The notes beneath the pieces are model-generated. The model made no database searches. It was given only the letters and a program-made list of their open reading frames with translations, and had not been told where the DNA came from. Positions 29,488 through 37,773 of a stretch of 64,000 nt of DNA are shown one piece after another. The position numbers and the translations under genes are program-made. This stretch comes from an uncultured virus (IMG/VR IMGVR_UViG_3300031993_000026) (Duplodnaviria; Heunggongvirae; Uroviricota; Caudoviricetes): IMG/VR virus record IMGVR_UViG_3300031993_000026, positions 62,001 to 126,000 of that record; one strand, given 5' to 3'. Within the stretch, counting starts at the first letter, position 1, and each line of letters opens with the position of its first letter.

Positions 29488-30168
29488 ATGATACACATCA
29501 AGAGATTAAATGAGATGGCTTCCCAGCAGGAAAGCCTCGATTTTCCAGAATATGCAAGGGAGAATGTCGCGTTCCGTATGGACAAGGCGATGTCGGGGTA
29601 CTACAGGCTTCTTATGTATAGCCCCGAAGCGGAGAAGCGTCACTATGGCGGGCAGAGCGTATTCCTTTCGGACGACCCCGCAGCGGAGGATATGTTCGAC
29701 TATGACATCGCAAGGGAGCAGTTCGAGGAATATCTCTCGGAGAAATTTGATGACCGCACCCTCAATGTGATAAACCGCGCAGTCGGAGAGTTCAACTACC
29801 AACTTTCGGACACACCGAAGGATATGGGCGAGTACGACATAGAGGAACTCGTGTGCGAGTGCGAGAACTTGATTTTCGACAAGGTTGCTTCTGATGGTGA
29901 ATATGATTATTGTGAACTTCACTACTCTGGGCATAACCAGTATTACAACTACTATGACGGTGACTTTACGAAGAACTGCTCTGGGGAAATCTGGCATTAT
30001 GACAGGCGCGGGGATTTTTATGGCGAGAACAGCAACGGGGAAATCGACTTCGACCACCCGTTGAAGGGCTATGAACTCGAACGCGGACGCTCATACGCAT
30101 TCATATACGACAGGGTTATAAATTCCGATGCGAAGGTTGTCGGGCTTTATGACTTCTACAAGGAATAG
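29488..30168 (+). CDS. Leader-bearing acidic protein (MIHIKRLNEM)
   Basis: Leader family. Confidence 0.75.
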   Translation: MIHIKRLNEMASQQESLDFPEYARENVAFRMDKAMSGYYRLLMYSPEAEKRHYGGQSVFLSDDPAAEDMFDYDIAREQFEEYLSEKFDDRTLNVINRAVGEFNYQLSDTPKDMGEYDIEELVCECENLIFDKVASDGEYDYCELHYSGHNQYYNYYDGDFTKNCSGEIWHYDRRGDFYGENSNGEIDFDHPLKGYELERGRSYAFIYDRVINSDAKVVGLYDFYKE

Positions 30169-30171
30169 GAT

Positions 30172-30423
30172 ATGCCAGTAAAGACCTTTGACGAATACAC
30201 GGCAAGCGGTAAGGTCAATGATGCTCCGTTTGTCGGTGCTTACTTCCGCGTTGACATAGTAGAGGTTGCGGGCAAGGAGACCGTTAGGATTGGGGAGATA
30301 GTCCAGATATTGCATTGCACCGATATTGACGGAGAGCCTGACGAGAACATTTGCGCTGGCACGGACTACAATGAGTTGCCTATAACGATTATGGGCGTGC
30401 TGTATGATATAAGGAAGAAATAG
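30172..30423 (+). CDS. Leader-bearing small protein (MPVKTFDEYTAS)
   Basis: First 12 aa identical to those of 30916-31497. Confidence 0.7.
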   Translation: MPVKTFDEYTASGKVNDAPFVGAYFRVDIVEVAGKETVRIGEIVQILHCTDIDGEPDENICAGTDYNELPITIMGVLYDIRKK

Positions 30424-30441
30424 AATATATAATATAATAGT

Positions 30442-30906
30442 ATGGCTATGATACACATTAAGAGATTGAACGAGATGATGAACCAGAACGATGAGGTTCG
30501 GTTCGCAAACCCAGAGAACCAGATGCGCTTTGAGCGTTTTAAGGAGATTTGTGAGGAAGACGGGTGGAAACTCTATATCACTAATCAGAGAGGTGAAGCG
30601 TGCATAGATGTTTCCAAGTATTCGGATGCTGGTCAGGACTTCACATTTACCATTTGTACAAAACCGGAAGACAGGAGTGACATATATTTCCACTCGCTTG
30701 TTGACGACTATGCCGAAGGATACGATGTCGATGACGAGGCTAAAATCTGGTGCGAGGGCACTGGCGAGTTTGATGACGACGGCAACGAGATACTTGTTGG
30801 CAAGAACGGTGCGCCCCACGACTACGAGGATGTGGTTGCCGATATGCAGAATTGCCTCGACAATATGAAGAGCCTTGCCTTCAACTTGAAGAAGGAGAAT
30901 ATATAG
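30442..30906 (+). CDS. Leader-bearing acidic protein (MIHIKRLNEM)
   Basis: Leader family. Confidence 0.75.
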   Translation: MAMIHIKRLNEMMNQNDEVRFANPENQMRFERFKEICEEDGWKLYITNQRGEACIDVSKYSDAGQDFTFTICTKPEDRSDIYFHSLVDDYAEGYDVDDEAKIWCEGTGEFDDDGNEILVGKNGAPHDYEDVVADMQNCLDNMKSLAFNLKKENI

Positions 30907-30915
30907 CATAGTGTT

Positions 30916-31497
30916 ATGCCAGTAAAGACTTTTGACGAATACACCGCAAGCCCGAAGGGGAAGAACGGGCGCATAGTGCTGTACCACGGCACGAAGTCCG
31001 CGTTCGACCGTTTCGACAGGCAGTTCGTGAACAGCGGCTGGGGAGAGCAGGCGTACGGCTACGGCTTCTACTTTACGGACGACTATGAGTGTGCGAGCCA
31101 GTACAGCCGCAACGGGAGCGTCATCCGCGTTTCCGTCCCTTCGGGGAAGTACCTTTCGTACAAGGGTATTTCCCGCGCGGAGGCAATGGCAGTCGCCCGC
31201 AAGTTCTTCAGGTATTACACGGAGGTCGATGACTACGGCAGGGAGGCGTATCCCGATGCCGAGTCGAGGCGCGAGTTCTGGGACGGTGAGTGCAAGTACC
31301 TCGCCGACTGCGAGGACGGAGGTGACATATACGGCACTGTCGCCTCTATGATGGGAAGCGACGAGGAGACGAGTTCGTTCCTCCGTTCGCTCGGCTATGT
31401 CGGGATAAAGTTCCCGGCAGATGACGGAAGCACCGGGCGGGAGTTTACCAACTATGTGATATTCGATGAAAAGGACATTGAGATAATAAAAAAGTAA
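30916..31497 (+). CDS. Leader-bearing ADP-ribosyltransferase-like protein (polyvalent-protein ART type)
   Basis: LYHGT...FDRFD....G...YGYGFYFTD....A..Y and C-terminal GY.GI......NYVIFD. Confidence 0.65.
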   Translation: MPVKTFDEYTASPKGKNGRIVLYHGTKSAFDRFDRQFVNSGWGEQAYGYGFYFTDDYECASQYSRNGSVIRVSVPSGKYLSYKGISRAEAMAVARKFFRYYTEVDDYGREAYPDAESRREFWDGECKYLADCEDGGDIYGTVASMMGSDEETSSFLRSLGYVGIKFPADDGSTGREFTNYVIFDEKDIEIIKK

Positions 31498-31501
31498 TGC
31501 T

Positions 31502-31864
31502 ATGGTACACATAAAGAGACTTAACGAAATGTTCGGGAATATTCGGAAGTATCTGAGTGATGATTCCGACTGGTTCTTTGGTGGCGAGGAAGGCGCAAAC
31601 CGTTGGATGGATGCAGAAATGCGCAGAAAAAAGAATGCACGCTTGTTTGACTTGAACTGGAATGTACTTAAAGGCGTAACCGATGATGATATGGCGGTTA
31701 TGTGCGGTTCGGACATTTCCGCTGCACGCTGGAAGGTAGCCAAGTGCATACGGCTCGGTATCGCTTTCGAGGACTTGCTTGCCGATGTGCGCTTTTGCAG
31801 GGGGTTGAATAAAAAGGAGGCTCTTGCCGTTGAAAGCAGGTTGAGAGATATGTTTGAAGAATAG
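31502..31864 (+). CDS. Leader-bearing protein (MVHIKRLNEM)
   Basis: Leader family. Confidence 0.75.
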   Translation: MVHIKRLNEMFGNIRKYLSDDSDWFFGGEEGANRWMDAEMRRKKNARLFDLNWNVLKGVTDDDMAVMCGSDISAARWKVAKCIRLGIAFEDLLADVRFCRGLNKKEALAVESRLRDMFEE

Positions 31865-31888
31865 GTGTTATAATATAAACTTGAAATT

Positions 31889-32569
31889 ATGGCGCATATA
31901 CTAAATTTCAATGATTTTATCGCGGAGTACCGCAGTGTCGGCGGAAACAGCGGATATGTCGGCTACTCGATGAGCGTCCGCGCGGCGGAAGCGAGGCGGG
32001 ACGGGAAGTTTCCCAAGACCGACTTCAAGCGCGAGTACGGGATGAGCGACAAGGTTCTGTCCGAACTTGTTTCGTTCGGCTACATCGACAACAGCGAATG
32101 GCATCATACGTCGAAGTTCGGGAATCGCACTACATTCTATTCTTTCTTGGACGAGCCGTACAGGGACTGCTGGCTGGAGCACTCGGACGAGATAAAGGCG
32201 TTAATCAGGAAAGGCGACGACGAAGCCATCGTCGCGCTGTTTGACAATTATCGGGACGAAGCCCTCGCGGAGCACGAACGACGGATGAAAAAAATAGAGG
32301 ACGAAAACGAGGAATATATGCGCTACAAGGACGAGTACCGCAAGGCGCACGACAAGTTTGACGACAGCGTTCCGTTCGTGGCTTCCAACGGATATACGGT
32401 CAAGGGCTATGAAACGGTCTATAACCAAGACGGTGAGATTTGCACCAAGCGTCATTGCCGCAGCGGGCGCGACCTTGCCCGCTCGGAATACCTGAAAGCG
32501 AAGAACAAATGGACGGAGGGGCTGTTGACACCACAGGAGTATTTCGCACGGAAGGAGAAAAATGTTTAG
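31889..32569 (+). CDS. Leader-bearing protein (MAHILNFNDFIAEY)
   Basis: Leader family with FIAE. Confidence 0.75.
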   Translation: MAHILNFNDFIAEYRSVGGNSGYVGYSMSVRAAEARRDGKFPKTDFKREYGMSDKVLSELVSFGYIDNSEWHHTSKFGNRTTFYSFLDEPYRDCWLEHSDEIKALIRKGDDEAIVALFDNYRDEALAEHERRMKKIEDENEEYMRYKDEYRKAHDKFDDSVPFVASNGYTVKGYETVYNQDGEICTKRHCRSGRDLARSEYLKAKNKWTEGLLTPQEYFARKEKNV

Positions 32570-32577
32570 CAACCCAT

Positions 32578-33204
32578 ATGATACACATTAAGAGAATAGA
32601 CGAGATGGCAGGCGGCAAGCAGTACACCTGCATAGTCGAGAGCGACACGAAGGACATCGACAGGCTCTGGGCTGTCGCGGTATGCACGGAGAACGAGAGC
32701 GAATACAATGGACTCGCACAGTTGTCATACGACACGAGGGGCGAAATGTCGTTCGAGTTTAAGGGCGAGTGGGCTTCTGGCAGGGAGGAGATTGAGTGCT
32801 ACGGTAAAACGCTCGACTACAAGAAGTTCAGGCGTATGTTCAATGACGACCTCAAAGGCTCGAAACGGCTTCACAGGTACACTATGAAGAACCCCGTCGG
32901 GGATATGTACGAGCACCACATTTACGGGGACAGGGACAAGGGGGATGTAATCGAACTTTCCGACAGACCAGTCCTCGACGGGATAACCCGCCCGTATGTG
33001 CAGAGCGAGTGGGAGAGCGCGTGCGATAGGGAGATACGGGTTTTCGAGAGGAAGTTCGGGACTGAACTCTATCGGCTCGGTCGCGGTGGCAGGCACTTGT
33101 GCGTGGAGAACACCCGCGAAAACCGCGTGCGTTTCTTGGAGATGCTCGAAGAACTTGACAGGGCACTGGACAGGACGCTCGAAGCATACAACAGAATGAA
33201 GTGA
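32578..33204 (+). CDS. Leader-bearing protein (MIHIKRIDEM)
   Basis: Start reassigned to ATG 32578 on the basis of the leader. Confidence 0.75.
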   Translation: MIHIKRIDEMAGGKQYTCIVESDTKDIDRLWAVAVCTENESEYNGLAQLSYDTRGEMSFEFKGEWASGREEIECYGKTLDYKKFRRMFNDDLKGSKRLHRYTMKNPVGDMYEHHIYGDRDKGDVIELSDRPVLDGITRPYVQSEWESACDREIRVFERKFGTELYRLGRGGRHLCVENTRENRVRFLEMLEELDRALDRTLEAYNRMK

Positions 33205-33238
33205 TATAAATAATAGGAATAATATAAACTTTGATGCT

Positions 33239-34183
33239 ATGGCGCATATATTGAAATTTGAAGATTTCTGCAAGTCCCGCTTCAACGAAAGCAGGGAGTA
33301 TGACCGTCCGACGAGAAGGTCGTACCGCAGGCTGTACGAGAGTGAGAACGCCGACGCTGTGTTTGCAAAGCACAAGGGTGATGAACTCACCAAGACCGAT
33401 GCGGAGGACGCATACAAGATTGCGGTCGAGATGCTCGGAAAGGAAAACGCGAAGAGCATATACGGAACGGAGGATGAATTTGCCGAAAGGTATGACGCTG
33501 CGCAGGAAAGCGCGGAAAAGAACGGCAAGTACAAGAGGGGTGCTATGCCAGTCATAAACAACTCCAACTTCAAGGGCTTCAGCGGTGGCAAGGACGACAA
33601 GGACAGCGCACCGAGAAAGGAAGAACTTGAAAAGGTGCTTGACGAGAAGGATGTTGACAAGAAGATTAAGGACGCTGTGTTGAGCAATCAGGTGGTTGCC
33701 TTCAAGTTCCTTGTGGGAAACGGCTTCATTGACATCAGTGGCGAGGACAAGGACATTGCGAAGAAAACCCAGCAGGACTTGTTCAAGGACGATGCTCTTG
33801 CGCAGGAATGGCTTTCGAGCGGTGGGGGACTGAAGGACACGAAGGATGTCGTCAAGGGCGACTACGAGTACATTTCGGTAGAAGACCTCAAGCCTATACA
33901 GGAGCAGATATTCGTGGCGAAGGCTTTGAAGATGTCGGCGGGCGCGGAAGGCGACAAGGGGAAGTTGAACTGGTTGCTCAAGGCTGACGAGAAGAGTCCG
34001 CTCGTAATCGTAAGTTCGGACAACTACATACTCGACGGACACCACAGGTGGCTGGGCGCATATCTGGTTGACCCAGACGCGAAGATGAGGTGCGTGAAGA
34101 TTGATATGGACTGCAAGGACTTGCTCGCCCTTACCAACAAGTTCACGGGCGCAATCGGAAACAAGCCGAATGTAACCGCATAA
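33239..34183 (+). CDS. Leader-bearing protein (MAHILKFEDF) with C-terminal ParB/Srx-like domain
   Basis: LKPIQEQI ... VIVSSDNYILDGHHRW; TATAAATA at 33205. Confidence 0.75.
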   Translation: MAHILKFEDFCKSRFNESREYDRPTRRSYRRLYESENADAVFAKHKGDELTKTDAEDAYKIAVEMLGKENAKSIYGTEDEFAERYDAAQESAEKNGKYKRGAMPVINNSNFKGFSGGKDDKDSAPRKEELEKVLDEKDVDKKIKDAVLSNQVVAFKFLVGNGFIDISGEDKDIAKKTQQDLFKDDALAQEWLSSGGGLKDTKDVVKGDYEYISVEDLKPIQEQIFVAKALKMSAGAEGDKGKLNWLLKADEKSPLVIVSSDNYILDGHHRWLGAYLVDPDAKMRCVKIDMDCKDLLALTNKFTGAIGNKPNVTA

Positions 34184-34214
34184 TAATATAAATGGTTATG
34201 GTGCATATCAGCCG

Positions 34215-34544
34215 ATGATAACGATGAAGATTAAATACGAAGCGAGCGATGAGGCGAGGGCGTTCATCCTGAAGTGCAGGCGGCAGTATTCGTCCGCGCT
34301 CCGCTTCGCGTACAACCGTGTCATCGGCGGCTGGAGCGGTAATGAAAGAAAAAAGATAAAGCACAGTATAGTGTTTCCAGACGGCGAAGCCTACAGAGCG
34401 TCCATCTCCAAGTCGCTGGAAGAATTTGGACTGGACGACGGCACGACCCTTCTGGAAGCGTATGAGGCGTTAAAAAAGTCTGGAGACAGATACAGGCTTT
34501 CCCATCAGTCTTTGGCGGATGGTTTAAGGTGCTTTCCCATATAA
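34215..34544 (+). pseudogene. Probable internally deleted TnpB-like remnant
   Basis: Start MITMKIKY...RQYSSALRFAYNR resembles TnpB N-termini; no RuvC or Zn finger; only 109 aa. Confidence 0.45.
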
Positions 34545-34553
34545 TATAACGAA

Positions 34554-34913
34554 ATGTTTATGAATGATAAAAAGCAACATCTGAAGACATACATTGACAT
34601 AAAGAATGACGAGTTGAAGGAAGCCGAACTTCTTGAACGGTTCATAGAACTCTATTCGTCGGAGGTCAATTCCAACGAACTCCGCTCGGCTTTGCAGTCG
34701 GTTGACTTGCAGAAGATGATAAGTGAGTCGCAGGAGACGGACGAGGGCTTGCTCGGCGGTGTCGCTGGGTTTGTCGGAGGTCTTGCCTTCGGCACCAAAC
34801 TCGGTGACGCTATCTGCCGTGCGCTCGGAATAACGAAGGGGCTTCTCTACGACCTGTTCCACTCGAAACTGTTTACGACTGCGGTCTGCACGATACTTGG
34901 GGTGAAGATGTAG
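34554..34913 (+). CDS. Small protein with Gly-rich hydrophobic C-terminal half following a TDE/G site
   Basis: ETDEGLLGGVAGFVGGLAFGTKLG..LGITKG. Confidence 0.7.
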   Translation: MFMNDKKQHLKTYIDIKNDELKEAELLERFIELYSSEVNSNELRSALQSVDLQKMISESQETDEGLLGGVAGFVGGLAFGTKLGDAICRALGITKGLLYDLFHSKLFTTAVCTILGVKM

Positions 34914-34928
34914 AATAAAATTTGGATT

Positions 34929-35498
34929 ATGGTACACATTAAGAGGATAGATGAGATGTACGGCTACGGATTGCTGTTTGACAATATGCCTTCCGCCGAT
35001 ACGGACGAATGCAGACCTGTTGGTTGCGACTCCGCGAAAATAAAGGCGATACTCCAGCAGGACGCGGCGAAAAGGATAATCAGGAAATATGACGCGAATA
35101 TCGGTTATGGTAGCGGAAATATTACGCTTGCGATTTTCTTTGAGGGAAATCGGAATGAAGACGCATCGCTCTACTGGAAAAACAAGGAGTCGGCGGAGAA
35201 AAAAATCCAGAACCTGATTCACGAACTTGATGTCGAGACCGAACTCTATTTCGAGGTTGCTTACAGCGGTAATGTCGGCTGGGATGCCGACAAGAATGTG
35301 TACGATGCGGGCGGTATCTGGGACTATGATAGAATGATTGACGAGTCGAAGTACCCGTTCGAGATGTTCTATGGTCTGAAGGGTGCGATAACGGCTTTTG
35401 CGAACGCGCACGGCAAGGACAACACGATGTGCGTGTGCTTCAGTTGGAACAGGTATAAATACCAGTTAAAGGGCTACGCCAGTTCAACGAAATCTTGA
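34929..35498 (+). CDS. Leader-bearing protein (MVHIKRIDEM), probably truncated by the tnpB element
   Basis: Stop codon lies inside the element's left end; removing the element restores frame with 36825-37121. Confidence 0.7.
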   Translation: MVHIKRIDEMYGYGLLFDNMPSADTDECRPVGCDSAKIKAILQQDAAKRIIRKYDANIGYGSGNITLAIFFEGNRNEDASLYWKNKESAEKKIQNLIHELDVETELYFEVAYSGNVGWDADKNVYDAGGIWDYDRMIDESKYPFEMFYGLKGAITAFANAHGKDNTMCVCFSWNRYKYQLKGYASSTKS

Positions 35499-36824
35499 TA
35501 AAAACTATGAATAGTTATTAAATCTGACGGCATATAAATAATATGATGTTAAGGGCGTTGAAGATACGGCTATATCCCAGCGGGGAACAGCAGACCAAGA
35601 TGAACAAGGTCTTGGGTTGCTACCGCTTCGTATATAACCAGTGCCTTGAACGGAAGATGAACGCATACAAGGAAGATGGAAGTTCGTTAGGTCTGACTGA
35701 CCTGTCCAAGTGGTTTCACGGAACATTGCTTAAAGATGATAAGTATGCTTGGCTTCGCGAGCAGAACACGAAGGTTATGAAGCAGTCCATAAGGCAGATG
35801 CTCGGTGCATACAATAACTTCTTTAAACTCCATAGGGGCTTCCCGAAGTTTAAGAGCAAGCACGACACCGTTCTGACGGCTCTATTTCCCATCGAGGCAA
35901 TATCATCCCGTAACACATTCGACGATAGAAAGATAACATTAACCAAAGATTTATATAACATTCGTTTCAGGTGCTCCAAGTTATACCACAACAAGTTAAA
36001 ATTGTTCAAGGACAATATAAGGAGTGCAAACCTGTCGAGAACCAAGACGGGCAATTATTTCCTTTCAGTCCTTATGGACATTCCAGACGAAGAACTGGTT
36101 AAATACAGGAAGACTGGAAACAGCGTGGGCATAGACTTGGGTGTTAAGGATTTTGTTATAACCAGTGACGGTGAGGTGTTCGAGAACAAACACTTCCTTA
36201 AACGCACGGAGCACAGGATTAAAGTGTTGCATAAGCAGTTGAGCAGGAAGGTGAAAGGCTCGAACAACCGTATGAAGCAAAGGGTTAGGCTTGCGACTGC
36301 CTATGAACGGCTGACCAACCAGAATGAGGCGTACATACACTATGTTGTAAACTCGTTGCTGAAGGATTACGATACGGTGTTTATGGAAGACCTTAATGTC
36401 AAGGGTATGCTGAAGAACCATAGACTTGCGAAGGCTATCGCCGAGGTCGGCTTGTACAGGTTCAGGCAGGTCTTGACCGACAAGGCTATGCTAAACGGCA
36501 AGAGCGTAGTCTTTGTCGATAGGTTCTATCCGAGTTCAAAGACCTGTTCCGTATGTGGTTACATAAAGCGTGACTTGACGCTCAATGACCGCGAGTGGAC
36601 TTGTCCCGTATGCGGAACGCACCACGACCGAGACTTGAACGCCTCGATAAACATCTTGAACGAAGGAAAACGAATTGTAGGTGTCCGTAGCACCGAACTT
36701 ACGCCTGTGGACTGCCCAACTATGGATGACCGTTGTGCAAGCAACCTAAAAAGTAGCGGCAGGGCGAAGCAGGAAGGAGGGACAGATGAATAGCATAGTT
36801 TTTCATAGGTTTTTTCCATACGGT
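35482..36824 (+). mobile_element. tnpB-only element (IS200/IS605/IS607-superfamily derivative), copy 1
   Basis: Left end CAGTTCAACGAAAT..AAAA(A/C)CTATGAA shared with copy 2; subterminal inverted match TTCATAGGTTTT at about 36802-36813; no transposase. Boundaries inferred. Confidence 0.75.
35543..36793 (+). CDS. tnpB: RNA-guided endonuclease TnpB
   Basis: KIRLYP HTH start, RuvC GIDLG / MEDLN / DRDLNA, Zn finger CSVC..CPVC; TATAAATA at 35533. Confidence 0.95.
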   Translation: MMLRALKIRLYPSGEQQTKMNKVLGCYRFVYNQCLERKMNAYKEDGSSLGLTDLSKWFHGTLLKDDKYAWLREQNTKVMKQSIRQMLGAYNNFFKLHRGFPKFKSKHDTVLTALFPIEAISSRNTFDDRKITLTKDLYNIRFRCSKLYHNKLKLFKDNIRSANLSRTKTGNYFLSVLMDIPDEELVKYRKTGNSVGIDLGVKDFVITSDGEVFENKHFLKRTEHRIKVLHKQLSRKVKGSNNRMKQRVRLATAYERLTNQNEAYIHYVVNSLLKDYDTVFMEDLNVKGMLKNHRLAKAIAEVGLYRFRQVLTDKAMLNGKSVVFVDRFYPSSKTCSVCGYIKRDLTLNDREWTCPVCGTHHDRDLNASINILNEGKRIVGVRSTELTPVDCPTMDDRCASNLKSSGRAKQEGGTDE

Positions 36825-36845
36825 GATATGCTCGAATACGCCAAG
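36660..36845 (+). ncRNA. Predicted omegaRNA (reRNA) scaffold plus guide overlapping the tnpB 3' end; limits approximate
   Basis: Position expected for TnpB; this stretch is highly conserved with copy 2 (about 63860-64000). Confidence 0.5.
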
Positions 36846-37121
36846 TCCTACATCGGCAGGAAATATCCGAAACTGGATATATGCCTTACCACTGGGAAGC
36901 GGGCTTTGGACAGCGGGCAACCCTACGAGGCTTTTGTCGTGGAGTACAGGAACGCCAAGACAGCGTTTGACCAGAAGGGGAGTTTTGTGATAACGCAGAA
37001 CAAGTTCGGCGACGGTACTGCGGTGGTGCGTGCCCCGCTTGCTGGTCAAAGCGAACGGAAGTTCGATTTCAACGACTGGCGGAAGGAGTTGGAGGAAATC
37101 ATAGACTGGCTTTGCAATTAG
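36825..37121 (+). pseudogene. Probable 3' half of the gene starting at 34929
   Basis: In frame with the 5' half after excision at the GT dinucleotides. Confidence 0.5.
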
Positions 37122-37145
37122 ACAGTATAATATATTTTTTGCACT

Positions 37146-37772
37146 ATGACGGCGAAATATTCAATGGATGAGTATGATGCTCTCGTGATATACGACAGAC
37201 CTGTGTCGGACAAGGGCGGTGCGGAGTTCGAGTCGTCCATATTCTATGACGAGGGGGAGGCGTTTGCCGATGCCCGCAAGTATGTGGGCGCAGGCAAGTG
37301 TGACAGCGCAAGGGTGTACCGCTACAACGGCACTGCAAGGGAATATCTGTTCGCGAAGTCAACCGACCGCCTTCTCGACAAATGCACCCTCATAGGCGAG
37401 GTCAACAGGAGGGGGACTACCCTCTATGACAGGCGCGGGAAGGTCGTCACGGAATATGACGATATGTATGAGGGCGAAGGCGTGCTCACATACGGGGAGT
37501 TCCTGAACGAGAGTATGCAGTTGCCCGAAATAGAGTTCGAGTGTACTTGCGCCGACATATCCCAGAGCGAATGGGACAGGCTTATGAAGGGCAGGCGCAA
37601 GTATTCGTACAGGAAGATTGTCGAGGCGATACGGAGGACATATCCAGAGATGTACGAGCAACTCGGACTTATGTATAACAATCCGTGGTCTGATGATACA
37701 TACCGTACAAGCACCCATATAATAATGACGCACTCCGCTACGGAGTATTTCTTCCGTGTAATCAGGTGGTAG
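37146..37772 (+). CDS. Two-module protein with internal leader-like motif GVLTYGEFLNES
   Basis: Internal motif matches N-terminus of 54868-55326 (MGVLRYNEFITE). Confidence 0.7.
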   Translation: MTAKYSMDEYDALVIYDRPVSDKGGAEFESSIFYDEGEAFADARKYVGAGKCDSARVYRYNGTAREYLFAKSTDRLLDKCTLIGEVNRRGTTLYDRRGKVVTEYDDMYEGEGVLTYGEFLNESMQLPEIEFECTCADISQSEWDRLMKGRRKYSYRKIVEAIRRTYPEMYEQLGLMYNNPWSDDTYRTSTHIIMTHSATEYFFRVIRW

Positions 37773-37773
37773 G

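Noticed and set aside
30091..31911. Long antisense ORFs in the track (e.g. 30091-31911, 1364-2434, 19491-20627, 32882-34045, 38326-39360)
   Set aside because: They shadow well-supported genes on the opposite strand and have no recognisable motifs; likely by-products of codon bias.
35482..36824. IStron (group I intron plus tnpB) that would splice out of the interrupted gene
   Set aside because: Only about 60 nt lie between the left end and tnpB, too short for a group I core, and the junctions do not fit the U/omega-G rule.
36786..36824. ORF-track start MNSIVFHRFFPY for 36786-37121
   Set aside because: These codons are the element's right end; the downstream frame more likely belongs to the interrupted gene or starts at ATG 36828.
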